A DNA stretch of 64,000 nucleotides from Terriglobia bacterium (GCA_965198225.1 CBDAOY010000006.1:288001-352000), one strand, 5' to 3'; positions 9,640 to 21,600 are shown, counted from the first letter of the stretch. The notes: generated by a model not told the origin, from the letters alone. A program made the numbers and translations.

Positions 9640-12348
9640 CTACGGCACCGGGACGAGGCGTTCGAGTTCGGTGAACCAGTTCTGGACGACGATGATTTCA
9701 GCTGACGGAGCCGCGCTGTCGCCGTCGATTGGCGCATCCTTAATCGCAAGGAACCGCAGACCGTCGAATGACACGTCATAGTTTCGCCCGACAGCAGCTG
9801 CAATGTTCTCCATGTACGGCCAGTCCATGAGCGACCTGCGGGCGTTCACGGAGAAGCCAGCCCCACCATCGTCTAGTGTGACGGCAATCAGTCTGCGAAC
9901 ACCACCAGCACCAGCAGGTTCAATATAGAAGAGTTCCCGCCCATCCCGTGACCAGAGAGGCTCGAGTCCCCCGGCGTTCGACACCAGGACGCGGTCGTCA
10001 TCCACGTTCGGAAACGGGCGGACGTAAATCTCGTATCGCCCGGACTCATCCGAGTCGTATGCCATCCAGCGGCCATTCGGCGACAACTCACCGTTCCGCT
10101 CGTTGAATGGCTCGCGCAAGAGCCACACAGGCTCCGCCTTGGCGTCCACCGAAATCATGCCGATGTTGTGACGAGTCTCCGGGTTGCTTTGCTCTCGGAA
10201 CACCAGTTCTGCGTCCGTCGGGGTGAAAAAATACGGATTGGCATCGGTGCTACCCGGTGCCCCGGGGTGCTCCGCAAGTCGTTCTGGACTGCCGGTGTTG
10301 TTCGCGGCCTTCCAATAGATGTCTCCACGGCTGCTGGAATACGCAATGCGTTGGTTGTCCCGCGTCCATGTTGGGTACCTCGCGCCAACCTCACCTACCG
10401 TCAGACGCGTCCGTGTTTCCAGCGTGAAGTCCCATATCCATAAGTCACTCACCTCGTTTCGGTTATCGAGGGCGACGCGGCGACCATCATGCGAGACGCG
10501 TGGATAGACGTACAGGCCCGGTTCGATGCCAACAACCTCTTCGCGACCCTCCCGGTCCACCCACACCAAAGTGCGGGGCGCAGCCTGCCCACCGTCCGCC
10601 GCCCGGTACACCAGCGAACCGTCCTCAGACATCCCGTAGTTCGCACTATCACCAACGAATGTCGCCCTCGCCAGTCCCTGTTCTAATGACACCGCTGTCC
10701 CGGAGGTTTCCAGCGTGTCTGGATCAAATGCGATCGCAAACAGGTCATTGCCCAGGGCGTAGATCAAATGTCCGGTCGGTGCGTAGCTGGCCGCGCTTCC
10801 GTTCCACACCACCGTTCGATCCTCGGTTGCGTCCAACGACGCGACGACGATTTCGCCGTTGTCCCACTGACCACCGGGAACTGCGGTGAACAGGATTTCC
10901 CGTCCGCTGGGCAGGAACGTGGGTCTGCCCAACTGTTCACCGTCCCGGGCGTCAATGATCCGTTCCGGCGTGCCGCCGTTGGCCGAGACGCTATAGATCC
11001 CGTCGAGTTGGGAAAAGAGAACGATGTCGTCCGCCCCCCAGCTAATTCCTATTGGATTCTCGGGGACAGGACCGATCGGAACCGGCGTGCCGCCATTGAT
11101 GGCGATCTTTTGGATCCGGCCCTCCCGGTTCCAGAAACCCACCCACTGGCTGTCGTGGGAGAAAAACGGGTTGGCCACACCAGGACCTTCGGTTCCTGCG
11201 ATCACGCGGGCTTCCAGATCGTTCCTGGATCGCAGATAGAGTCCACCGGTGCCGTTGTAGACATAGTATTGGCCATCCGGTGACACGGCGATGGTGTTTA
11301 CTCCGGCATATCTGAAGGCGATCCCCTCGGGGAGGTCATGCCCGTGGCGACTCACCGGACGGGGCGCTTCAGGTTTCAGGGTCCAGACGGCCACGCTGGC
11401 GATGACCAATCCAAGGACGAATGTTGCCACCCACGGCAGTTTCGATTGCGTTGCCACCTGAGCGATCTCGGCAACCGGCTGAACGATCACGCCACCGGCA
11501 TCGGCCAGCACCTTCTGAACATCCACGCGGGCGTCGGAAATGTCACCGTACCGGTCTTTCGATTCCTTTTCCAGGCAGCGTTCAAGGAGCAATCGGATTC
11601 TGGGATGGAGATGAAGGGGAAGGTTGTTCCAGCCGGGGTCCGCCCGGAGGACGCCGGCCAGCACATCCGACACCGTGCCTCCGTCGAACGTTCCCCGACC
11701 GGTCAACATTTCAAACAGCACGACACCGAACGCCCATACGTCAGCTCTCTTATCGACCTCCTGTCCCCTTGCCTGCTCGGGGGACATGTACGCTGCCGTG
11801 CCGAGAATCACGCCCTGCCGTGTGGCAGCCACACTCAACGTTGGGGACTGCGACAGATTCACGTCCGCCCCGTCACCCGCGAATGCTTTCGCCAGCCCGA
11901 AGTCCAGTACCTTGACCTTGCCCTCGGGCGTGACCTTGATGTTGGCCGGTTTCAGATCCCGGTGGATGACGCCCTTCTCATGTGCGGCTTCCAAGGCTTC
12001 GGCGATCTGGAGGGCGAGCTTGAGAGATTCTTCGACGGAGATCGCGCCACCTTTCAGTCGATCCGCCAGCGTGTCGCCTTCGACGAGTTCGAGGACGAGA
12101 AAGCGCGTGCCGTTGTCTTCTTCGAGGCCGTGGATGGTGGCGATGTTCGGGTGGTTCAATGACGCCAGCAGCTTCGCCTCACGTTCAAACCGGGCGAGTC
12201 GTTCTTCGTCCTGCGCGAACTCCTCAGGCAGCGTCTTGATCGCAACCTGACGCCCCAACTTGGCGTCCTGCGCCTGCCACACCGATCCCATCCCGCCCTG
12301 ACCGAGCTTGTCAGTGATCTCGTAGTGGCCCAGTGTTTTGCCGATCAT
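9640..12348 (-). CDS. Ser/Thr kinase + TM + PD40 beta-propeller protein (copy 4, 902 aa)
   Basis: All Hanks motifs (GQGGMG, VAIK, HRDLKPAN, DFG, SPE), TM, propeller repeats, tail NWFTELERLVPVP. Confidence 0.95.
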   Translation of the reverse strand: MIGKTLGHYEITDKLGQGGMGSVWQAQDAKLGRQVAIKTLPEEFAQDEERLARFEREAKLLASLNHPNIATIHGLEEDNGTRFLVLELVEGDTLADRLKGGAISVEESLKLALQIAEALEAAHEKGVIHRDLKPANIKVTPEGKVKVLDFGLAKAFAGDGADVNLSQSPTLSVAATRQGVILGTAAYMSPEQARGQEVDKRADVWAFGVVLFEMLTGRGTFDGGTVSDVLAGVLRADPGWNNLPLHLHPRIRLLLERCLEKESKDRYGDISDARVDVQKVLADAGGVIVQPVAEIAQVATQSKLPWVATFVLGLVIASVAVWTLKPEAPRPVSRHGHDLPEGIAFRYAGVNTIAVSPDGQYYVYNGTGGLYLRSRNDLEARVIAGTEGPGVANPFFSHDSQWVGFWNREGRIQKIAINGGTPVPIGPVPENPIGISWGADDIVLFSQLDGIYSVSANGGTPERIIDARDGEQLGRPTFLPSGREILFTAVPGGQWDNGEIVVASLDATEDRTVVWNGSAASYAPTGHLIYALGNDLFAIAFDPDTLETSGTAVSLEQGLARATFVGDSANYGMSEDGSLVYRAADGGQAAPRTLVWVDREGREEVVGIEPGLYVYPRVSHDGRRVALDNRNEVSDLWIWDFTLETRTRLTVGEVGARYPTWTRDNQRIAYSSSRGDIYWKAANNTGSPERLAEHPGAPGSTDANPYFFTPTDAELVFREQSNPETRHNIGMISVDAKAEPVWLLREPFNERNGELSPNGRWMAYDSDESGRYEIYVRPFPNVDDDRVLVSNAGGLEPLWSRDGRELFYIEPAGAGGVRRLIAVTLDDGGAGFSVNARRSLMDWPYMENIAAAVGRNYDVSFDGLRFLAIKDAPIDGDSAAPSAEIIVVQNWFTELERLVPVP

Positions 12349-12375
12349 CCAGTAGCTCCCGACCTCGCCGTTCCC

Positions 12376-13953
12376 TTATACAGTGGGATGTTTCGTGTGC
12401 CAGTCCGTACCCTCTTCATAAGCGTGACCGATGCGACAGATTGTCGCTTCATCCAGCCGATTGCCGACGAACTGGATGCTGTAGGGCAAACCATCGTGCG
12501 AAAAACCGCACGGGACCGATAGCGTGGGGCTTCCAGAGAAATTGAATGGCTTTGTGAAAACATCATTACGAAGAAATTCAGACGATCCATAGGTTTCCAC
12601 CAAAATTGCATCCCGAGTTTCCCGGGAAGTGGGGAATGCAGGGCCACCAAGAGAAGGACACACGAGGGCATCGAACGTCGAAAGTAGTGCGTTCAAGCGC
12701 CCGGTGAACTCTGCCCGGACTTTATCCGCCTTTGCGTACTCGGCTCCCGTGATCTGGGCACCCTGTTCGAGACGGCCTCTGAAGCCGTCTCCGTACTCAA
12801 GGGCGCGGGAAGGATAGGTCGCCTCATGGGCCGCGACCGCTTCCGCGAGGCAGAGAGTGAACCACGCTGCGCCAACTTCGCCAACGTCCGGCATCTCGAC
12901 TTCGACGATTTCGGTTCCCATGGATGTCAGTTCGGCTACCGCCTTCTCAATCGCTGCGGCAAGCCCGGACTCGACCTGTTCGGTGGCGTATCGCCGGTCG
13001 TATCCAAGGCGTAGTCCGCCAACACCCCTGTCCAACTCGTCCTGGATTCTAGGAACGGGTTCCCTCAATGAAGTCGGATCGTTCGGGTCAACCCCGGCGA
13101 TCGCTTCGAACATGAGTGCGGCATCAACCACGCGCCGGGTCATGGGACCAACATGGTCCATGGATTCTGCCAGGGGCAGGACTCCATATCGGCTGACTCG
13201 TCCGTATGTGGGCTTGAGGCCGACGGTTCCATTCGCAGCGGCTGGGTAGCGGATCGATCCCCCTGTGTCGGTGCCGAGCGATCCAAAGCAAAGTCCGGCA
13301 GCCGTTGCGACTCCGGATCCGCTGGACGAGACACCACTCCATCGGCTGGCATCCCAAGGGTTCAAGGGAACGTCAAAATCCGGATGGTAGGGTCCGAACG
13401 CCCCTTCGGATAGGTTCAACTTGCCGAGGATGACCGCTCCGGCCTCTTCGAGTCTCACCACGACCGTCGCGTCAAAATCGGGCACGAAATCTGCGAGAAC
13501 ACCCGTGCCCCCCATCGTGCGGACACCGTCTGTGTAGCAGAGATCCTTGACGGCTATGGGCACGCCATGCAACGGGCCTCGGTAGTTTCCAGCCTGTATC
13601 TCTGTTTCGGCCTGACGGGCGGCGGTCATTGCATGATCGCCCATTACGGTTGCGTAGCTCAGCAGCCGGGTATCGACAGCATCGATGCGATCGAGCATCA
13701 AGCGGGTGAGTTCAACGGGGGAAAGTTGCCGTGATTCTATCAATCTCGCAACTTCCTTCAGGCTCAGGTAATGCAGCGGCTGGTCGCCTGGGATGCCCGA
13801 TGCGGGTTCCTGATTCGGTGATTCGCGAAAAGAGGAAGCACCCAACGGCAGGGCAACTCCGGCGGCACAGAAACCGATGAATTGCCGCCGTGACATACCC
13901 TCTGCTTGCGATGCGTCATGCTCAACGTCGTTCGCGGACGACTGCTTGATCAT
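12376..13953 (-). CDS. Amidase signature family protein (GatA-like) with probable Tat signal
   Basis: GVPIAVKD, SGVSSSGSG, GTDTGGSIRYPA; SRRQFIG twin-arginine motif; start codon uncertain. Confidence 0.9.
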   Translation of the reverse strand: MIKQSSANDVEHDASQAEGMSRRQFIGFCAAGVALPLGASSFRESPNQEPASGIPGDQPLHYLSLKEVARLIESRQLSPVELTRLMLDRIDAVDTRLLSYATVMGDHAMTAARQAETEIQAGNYRGPLHGVPIAVKDLCYTDGVRTMGGTGVLADFVPDFDATVVVRLEEAGAVILGKLNLSEGAFGPYHPDFDVPLNPWDASRWSGVSSSGSGVATAAGLCFGSLGTDTGGSIRYPAAANGTVGLKPTYGRVSRYGVLPLAESMDHVGPMTRRVVDAALMFEAIAGVDPNDPTSLREPVPRIQDELDRGVGGLRLGYDRRYATEQVESGLAAAIEKAVAELTSMGTEIVEVEMPDVGEVGAAWFTLCLAEAVAAHEATYPSRALEYGDGFRGRLEQGAQITGAEYAKADKVRAEFTGRLNALLSTFDALVCPSLGGPAFPTSRETRDAILVETYGSSEFLRNDVFTKPFNFSGSPTLSVPCGFSHDGLPYSIQFVGNRLDEATICRIGHAYEEGTDWHTKHPTV

Positions 13954-14019
13954 CCTGTCAATCCCCCCTGGTGGTTGGCTGCACTGAGGTTGACCGTGCA
14001 AATCCGTACAATCGGTTCA

Positions 14020-14057
14020 AAGAGTTCGTAGCTGCCGAGTTGGGTGCCGGGGGTCAT
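14020..14057 (-). pseudogene. 5' stub of a kinase gene (MTPGTQLGSYE)
   Basis: Matches the first codons of copies 2 and 6, ATGA-coupled to the stop of copy 5, then homology ends. Confidence 0.75.
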
Positions 14058-16747
14058 TGGTTTTCTTCGAGCAGAGAAATCCAGTTGAGGACGACCGTGA
14101 GTGAGGCCATCTCTCTCGACGTCGGACTCTCTTCGTCAGAAGCCGCGACGATCAGGAAACGCTGGCCATCGGTCGTGACAGCGTAATCAGCACTATTCGG
14201 GGTGTCAGTTGTACCAATGGGCATTTCGAATAGCGCGGTCGAAACGCCAGGTTCAAAGGTCCTATCCGCCCGGACCTCTACTGCCATCAATCTGCCGTCG
14301 AGTGTGAGATAAAACAGCTCTCTTCCATCCCCGCGCCACCGAGGGTGCCTCCCACCATTAATCGAAATCTGCCATTTGCCACCAGTTGCGGGAAATGGCT
14401 GCACGTACACTTCATCACGGCCGGATTCGTTAGAGGCGTAAGCGATCCAACGTGCGTCGGGCGAGAATCGCGCCTGAAATTCGTTGAATTCGGTTCGCAG
14501 GAAGACATAAGGCTCCGGATCCCTCTCCAGCGGCAACACCCATATATCGGCCCGGTTAGTGGCGTTGCCACGCTGATAGGCAAGGAAACGGCCGTCGGAA
14601 GACCAATCCATCGCAGAGAGAACGTTATCCTGCGAAAAGCCACTGGCATCCGCTTGAAGGAGCAGTTCGTCGTTGCCAGAACCAAAGGAGGTCTTCCGAT
14701 AAAGGCTTAACGGCCCATCCCGATTCGAGCTGAACACGATCCGGATCCCATCGTGGGACCAGATCGGCCGAGTTTCTCGTGCGGCGTCGAACGTGAAACG
14801 CGATGAAGCACCACGGTCCAAGTCCATCGTCCAGATGTCCCGATTTCCGGTCAGCGGATCTACTGACTCGAAAGCCAGTCGCTTCCCCTCGGGCGACAGT
14901 TCAGGGTTCGCGTAGGCACCCGGCGCACCGACTCTTGCGAGTTGCGTACCACTTCGATCGAACCAAACGAATTCTTCTAGGCCGGTATCGAACCCACCCA
15001 AATACACGAGAATTCCGTTCTCGGACGTCGAGAAATCTGCAACTCCGTTGGGACGGTTGACCACCTGTTCCGCGACAAGCGTCGGCTCGCCGGAAACCTG
15101 CATCTGCTCGACATCAAATGACTGGGCCATAAGTGTTCCGCCTCGAACAAACAGAAGGTATCCTGGGGGTGAGTACTCCGCTCTAGAAGCTGACCGAAGA
15201 AGCAATCTGGACTCCTGCGAATCCAGCGACGCCACGTAGACTCCCGAATTTTCCGAATCACTACTTCTTGCACGGTAAAGGAAGTGGCGACCGCCCGGTA
15301 AGAAGTGCGGGCCGACGTGGAGCAACTCCCCCCTGGAGGTGTCGAGATCCGTCACCGGAGTTGCCTGTCCACCCGATGAGGAGATTCGGTACAGGCGACT
15401 CTGATTCGTGAAGACGATGATCTCATTCCCGTTCCAGGTACCACCATAGAAAGGGTTCGCATCGGAAAGCGTTTGTGGTGGCCCGCCGGAGATCGCGATT
15501 TTTTTGAGTTTGCCTTGAGCGAAAAATCCGATGGAGCGGCTGTCGGGTGACCAAAAAGGGTAGGAGGCTCCCTCAGTTCCAGACAACACCTGAGCGGTAA
15601 CGGAATCGAGCGGGCGAATCCAGAGAAGGGTTCTGCCCTCAGATTGAGCCAGAAGAGCAACTAACCGTCCATCAGGTGACACGGCCGGACAAGTTCGGCA
15701 GGCGCCTGGCGCCCTTAATATCGCTCCTTCGGGCGCAGCAACGCTAAAGCGTACTGCCCTTGGTTCTTCCCAACTGCCAAGCACCACGACCAAGACAACC
15801 AGCACAGCGGTTGCCGCAATCCATGCGATCCGCTCTCGGCTTTTCAAACCAGTCTCGACGGGGCCGGTCTCGACAGACGCGCTGCCCTCGGTGACCCATT
15901 TCAACTCGTCCAGGAGATCACCTGTACTCTGCCAACGGCCGTCAGGATCCTTTGCCAAACACTTCTTCACTGTGCGATCCAGAGTAGTTGGGGAAATTGG
16001 CTGGAAATCGCTCACGAGTGGGGGCACGTCCTTGAGGATCGCCCCGATCAGGCTCGCCGGACTCGCTCCCTCAAACGCTTTCTTGCCCGTGACCATCTCG
16101 TAGACGACGGCACCGAACGCGAAGATGTCCGTCCGGGCATCGGCTTCCTTGCCTTCCAACTGTTCTGGGGCCATGTACTGGAGCGTGCCGATGATCGTGC
16201 CTTCAGCGGTCAGGGGCGCTGAGGGGTCCTGGGTGGGCATTTGGGACAGTGGCGAAACCGCACCCGCATCGCCCTTCAGTTTCGCCAACCCGAAGTCCAG
16301 CAACTTCGTCCCCGACTTCGTGATCATGACGTTACCGGGCTTAAGGTCGCGGTGTACGACACCCTGCCGGTGGGCTTTATCTAATGCGTCGGCGATCTGG
16401 ACGGCGTATTCCAACGCTTGGTCGAGCGGAAGCCGTTTCTTCTCCAACCGTTGTTGAAGCGTCTCGCCTTCCACCAACTCCATAACGAGGTAGTGCGTCC
16501 CGTCCTGTTCCCCGATGTCGTGGAGCGTGCAGATGTGCGGGTGGTTCAGGCTGCTAACGGCTTTGGCTTCACGCTCGAAGCGTTCCCGGCGCTGCGGATC
16601 GGAAGCGAGGTGCTCGGGAAGGACCTTAATCGCGACGGTACGCTTCAGGCGGGTATCAGTGGCGCGATACACCTCTCCCATACCACCGGCGCCGAGTTGA
16701 TCGCCGATTTCGTATGGGCCTAAGCGTGTTCCTGCCGTGAGAGCCAT
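14054..16747 (-). CDS. Ser/Thr kinase + TM + PD40 beta-propeller protein (copy 5, 897 aa)
   Basis: [26 protein letters not shown], propeller repeats, tail NWISLLEENQ. Confidence 0.95.
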   Translation of the reverse strand: MALTAGTRLGPYEIGDQLGAGGMGEVYRATDTRLKRTVAIKVLPEHLASDPQRRERFEREAKAVSSLNHPHICTLHDIGEQDGTHYLVMELVEGETLQQRLEKKRLPLDQALEYAVQIADALDKAHRQGVVHRDLKPGNVMITKSGTKLLDFGLAKLKGDAGAVSPLSQMPTQDPSAPLTAEGTIIGTLQYMAPEQLEGKEADARTDIFAFGAVVYEMVTGKKAFEGASPASLIGAILKDVPPLVSDFQPISPTTLDRTVKKCLAKDPDGRWQSTGDLLDELKWVTEGSASVETGPVETGLKSRERIAWIAATAVLVVLVVVLGSWEEPRAVRFSVAAPEGAILRAPGACRTCPAVSPDGRLVALLAQSEGRTLLWIRPLDSVTAQVLSGTEGASYPFWSPDSRSIGFFAQGKLKKIAISGGPPQTLSDANPFYGGTWNGNEIIVFTNQSRLYRISSSGGQATPVTDLDTSRGELLHVGPHFLPGGRHFLYRARSSDSENSGVYVASLDSQESRLLLRSASRAEYSPPGYLLFVRGGTLMAQSFDVEQMQVSGEPTLVAEQVVNRPNGVADFSTSENGILVYLGGFDTGLEEFVWFDRSGTQLARVGAPGAYANPELSPEGKRLAFESVDPLTGNRDIWTMDLDRGASSRFTFDAARETRPIWSHDGIRIVFSSNRDGPLSLYRKTSFGSGNDELLLQADASGFSQDNVLSAMDWSSDGRFLAYQRGNATNRADIWVLPLERDPEPYVFLRTEFNEFQARFSPDARWIAYASNESGRDEVYVQPFPATGGKWQISINGGRHPRWRGDGRELFYLTLDGRLMAVEVRADRTFEPGVSTALFEMPIGTTDTPNSADYAVTTDGQRFLIVAASDEESPTSREMASLTVVLNWISLLEENQ

Positions 16748-16775
16748 AGGCTGCGATCCTGTCTCTCAAGCGTTC

Positions 16776-18492
16776 CAGACTGTGTGAAAAGTCGGCGACA
16801 GCCGGGCGGGAGTCGGTGAACTGGCATCAGGTTCCCCATGGCGGTTGGTAAAATGTGTCATGGCACATATCACCGGTGAAGACCGTTCCCAGCTTCTGCT
16901 TCTGCCCGATACTGTGGACGACTACGTGGGACCGGACAACCCGGTCCGTTTCATTGATGCATTCGTCGACGGTCTCGACCTTGAGGCGGCTGGATTCCAG
17001 CGCGTTCGGCCCAACGACAAGGGCCGTCCAGGCTACGATCCCGCGGATCTGCTGAAGCTGTATATCTACGGGTATCTGAATCGTATTCGGTCGAGCCGCA
17101 GGCTGGAGACAGAGACGCATGCGCAACCTCGAGGCGATCTGGCTGCTACGCCAGCTGAAGCCCGACTTCAAGACGATCGCCGACTTCCGGCGCGACAATC
17201 GGCATGCGTTCCGGGCGGTGTTTCGGCGGTTCGTGCGGTTGTGCCGGGAACTCGACCTGTACGGGCGGGAGTTGATCGCCGTGGACGGCACGCGCATCAA
17301 GGCGGTGAACCACCGGGACCGCAACTTCACGCGGGCCAAGCTGAAGACGGACCTGCAGCGTATCGACGACCGACTCGACCGCTACCTCGACCAGGTGAAC
17401 GAGGCCGACGCGGATGATGCCGGCGGCAGAGCGGCTGCCGTGGCGGATCTTCAGGAGAAGATCGCATCGATCCGTAAGAGAAAGGAGACCTTGGAGGGGC
17501 ATCGGCAGACGCTGGACGATACCGGAGAAGCCCAGCTGTCGCTTACGGATCCGGACTCCCGGTCAATGCATTCCGGGACACGGGTCGGAGTCGGCTACAA
17601 CGTCCAGATCGCTGTCGACACTGAGCACAACCTGATCGCCGAACAGCAGGTCCATAGCAAGGTCTCGGACCTCGGTCTGCTCGCGGAGACGGCCACAGCG
17701 GCTCGGGAGAACTTGGCTGTCGACGAGATCGACGCGGTCGCGGACCGAGGCTACTACAAGATCGAAGACATTGAGGACTGCGAAGCCGCCGGGATCACGC
17801 CCTACGTTCCGAAGCCCGATCGGAGCACGGCCAGACGCAGTGGCCACTTTCCGAAGTCCGATTTCCAATACGACGACTCCACGGACACCTACCGGTGCCC
17901 CGCTGGTGAGCGCCTGGTGCCGTTGTATCGCGGAAGCGTCGGTAAGTCGCGCACAGGCACGTATCTTGTCAGTTACGCCAACCGCGCCGCATGCAGAGGC
18001 TGCGGTCTACGCGAACGATGTACCAAGAACACCTATCGGCGCATCACGCGCTTCGAGAACGAAGCAACGATGGAGCGCATGGCGAACCGTCTCGCCGCCC
18101 GGCCCGAGGTGATGGATCGTCGCCGGGAGTCGGTCGAGCATCCCTTCGGTTCGATCAAGCAGTGGATGGGCCAAGGCGCGTTCCTGACGCGCCGACTCGG
18201 CAATGTCCGCGGGGAGTTCAGCCTCACCGCCTTGGCCTACAACATGCGCCGCGCAATCAACCTCGTAGGAATTCCCGCCTTGATTGCCGTCGCAGCGGTT
18301 TGACCGGGTAATCCGCCCGTTTTTGGCGCAACAATCCGCCTCCATCCCGCGTTTCCCAGTCACAGCAACACCTCACGCCACCGAAAAGGCTGGCAGCCCC
18401 GAGTGATCTGCGTCGCCACGGGTCCGTCATCGTGCTTGCCCTTCGGTGTTGCCGGATCAGCGATCCACGACTTGGACTTTTCACACAGTCTG
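16776..18492 (+). mobile_element. IS1182-family insertion sequence
   Basis: 18-bp perfect TIRs CAGACTGTGTGAAAAGTC / GACTTTTCACACAGTCTG, flanked by a GTTC direct repeat. Confidence 0.9.
16860..18303 (+). pseudogene. IS1182-family transposase, frameshifted near 17120
   Basis: GRPGYDPADLLKLYIYGYLNRIRSSRRLE, then shifted frame RNLEAIWL..PDFKTIADFRRDN, AVDGTRIKA, ADRGY, VEHPFGSIK. Confidence 0.9.
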
Positions 18493-18513
18493 GTTCCTTC
18501 GCCGGGTTTGGGT

Positions 18514-18570
18514 AAACTTGCGTAAATACTACGGCAGGCAGGAGTTGGTGGCAATCAAACAGTCAAGTTG
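18514..18570 (-). promoter_or_regulatory. Second copy of kinase-upstream promoter-like element
   Basis: Minus strand TTGCCA (18554-18549), 17 bp spacer, TAGTAT (18531-18526); near-identical to 7036-7090. Confidence 0.55.
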
Positions 18571-18652
18571 CGCGAACAGCGCTCTTCCGGTGTGATTCCA
18601 CTTTTGGAGCACAGGCGACTTATACGGGAGTTGAGAATACGAATCCTGCCGC

Positions 18653-21600
18653 CTATGGCACCGGCACCCGTTCCTTCAGTTCTTCAAACCAGTTGAGAAT
18701 GATGTTGATCTTTGGCGCCGGGGCCTGCTCGCCCTCGGTTCCCCCATCGGCCACCGGTACGGTCGCCACGAATCGTTCCCCGTTGGGCATGGTGTCAAGA
18801 TTCCTACCACTACCGGGGGAGTTACCTATGGGGATAGGCTGTGGGTTACCAAATGTCACGGCTGGACTAGGGCGTGTTAACACTAACGTAGTGCCTCGAC
18901 GATGAGTGCGAAGTGAAGGAAGGCGAGGAACATGACGTCGAGTTTATCGAAACGGGAGAAGATACGCCGAAAACCCTTGAGTCGGCGGAAGAGCCTCTCG
19001 ACTTCGTTCCTGCGGCGGTAGAGCACGCGGTCGTATTCCCACGGCTCCAGGCGGTTGCGCTTGGGCGGCACGACGGGAATCCACCCAAAATCCAGAGCCA
19101 ATTGGCGGGTCTGGTCGTCTTGGTAGGCACGGTCCATCAGCAGCGGCAGCGGCGCGGGCAACGGCCCCAGGCCGGCGAGCAGCTCGCGGCCCTGCGGGGC
19201 GTCGTGCGCTTGGCCGGGCGAGAGCGCAAACGTTATCGCCGTTCGAGCATTCGCGGCAACCAGATGAATCTTGGTGGTCCATCCACCGCGGGATTTGCCG
19301 ATCGCTTGCGGACCGTTTTTTTTAACGCTCCCGTGCCGTCGGGATGCACCTTCACAATGGTCGAGTCCATCGAAACGGCTTCCACCCGGATGCGCACCAG
19401 TTGCTCGCGCTGGAGTTTTTCGAAGACGGCGTCGAGCACCCCGTTCTTGGACCAGCGGTTCATCCGGGTGTAGATGGTGTGCCAGTTGCCAAAGCGCTTG
19501 GGCAGACCGCGCCACTTGCAGCCCTGCTCAGCCACATACAAAATGGCGTTCAAGACCGTCAGGTTCGAAAGACTGACGTTGCCCCGCTGTCGCGGCAGTT
19601 CCGGCTCGATGCGACGATACTGCTCCTGTGTGATCTCCATGCCTGATTATAAAACATTCATGCTCATTAGTGTTAACACGCCCTAGTTTCGATGTCGCCG
19701 GCGATCAGTTGCTGTGGACTGACCCTAAAGAATAACTCGCTGCCCTCAGGAGACCACAAAGGGAATCTCCCTCCTGTCTGAGTAATTTGACTCTTTTGTC
19801 CCGTCGGGGGGAATGGCTGCACATAGATCTCACGTCGCCCAGATTCGTTGGACTGGTAGGCGATCCAGTTCCCGTCCGGTGAGAATACAGACGCCTCCTG
19901 AGCGGTTTCTGGCAGGTCTATGACAACCTCGGGTGCCAGCCCCATCTTCACCCGACAGGGTCCAGATGCCGAGCTATACCGCCTTCGTTGGAACGGAAAG
20001 ACAGCCGTCCGTCGCCGGAATAGGACTCTGGAAAATGTATGTGCCCCTCTTCTGCTGTCGTCAGGCGTTCGGCCACCCCGGTTCCGTCTGCATGCCTCCG
20101 ATAAATGCTAAACGTGGTAAAGGTATCGGGCTGTTCTGCGTCTCTAGTTGACGCAAACGTGATCCACTCTCCATCCGGTGTCCATATGGCCGCCAAGTTT
20201 TGACCGTCAAACGTCATTTGCCGTATGGCGGTTTCGCCGGAAAGGTCGTATATCCAGATGAACCTTCGGTCATCGTCAAATGACGTAACCACCACCTGAG
20301 TTCCATCTGGAGACACGCGGGGACGGCGGTAATCTGCTGGAGGCACGTTCAGGCGTTCTACCACACCGTCGCGGTCTATTAGTGCAAGACCTTGTAAGGC
20401 AGCCGAGCCAGTACCCACAACATAGACAAGCGAACCGTTGCTGGAAAGGCCGAATTGGGTTGCACCGGGAGGAACTGTCGAAACGTCTTCAAGAACGGGC
20501 ACCGGATCGCCCAGAACGGTCAACTCGTCGGCATCAAATGGGACTGCATGAAGTGTATTTTCAACTCCGTAAACAATGTGTCCGCTGGCGGCATAGATCG
20601 GATGGCTACCGAGCGAAATCAGCACACGTTCTTCTCCGGTCTCGAGATTCAGCATCGCAATCTGATAGTTCACCGCTTGTGAGCGGATGGTGTAAAGAAC
20701 GGCCCTACCATTCGGGAGGATATGCGGCCAGAAATGCTGCGTACCCTCCGCCGGCTTGGTGATCACCTCTGGATCGCCCCCAACCGCAGGGACACGCATC
20801 AAACCGGACACGGCACCGCTTGCAAAGATGATGTCCTCGTCAGGGCCCCAGCTCGCGCCGCGAAACTGATAGGTGTCAGGCATGTTGGTAATTGTTTCCG
20901 CCGGACCACCATAGATCGAGATTTTCTTCAGGCTTAAATCGCTTGGGACTCCAAAACCCAACGAGAGGCCGTCAGGTGAGAAGAACGGATTGTCCATTCT
21001 CTCCCCGATGGTTAGAGCGGTTCCTTCAAGCAGATCCACTGGTCTCTGGTAGAAGCCCGGTCCTTCCTCCAAGTCTGCGTTGTAGACGATATGACGACCA
21101 TCCGGTGAGATCGCCAGATGCGTGTACGACAACGACCCAAGAACCACGGAGGGCACGCTCGGCGAACCCGAAATGACGAAGTGTGAAGGATCTCCTGGAG
21201 GCGGTTCCGGCCTTGCGTACCAGACCGCAAGACCCACTACGATGGCCGTGACAACAGACATCACAATCGAAACAGAAAGACGCGACCGGGGCGTTTCTGA
21301 AACACGATCAGCAACCGGCTGCACGATGACGCCGTCGGGGTCAGCAAGAACCTTCTGAATATCCACCCGGACGTCCGCGATGTCGTGGCCCCGGTCCTTG
21401 GCCTCCTTCTCCAGGCAACGCTCGAGGAGCAGCCGAATGCGTGGATGCAGGTTCGGTGGCAGGCTTTTCCAGTCCGGTTCCCTCGCAAGCACCCCGGCGA
21501 GAGTGTCGGACGCGGTGGGGCCTTCATAGACCTGACGCCCGATCAGCATCTCGAACAGGACGCACCCAAACGCCCAGATGTCGGCCCGCTTATCGACTTC

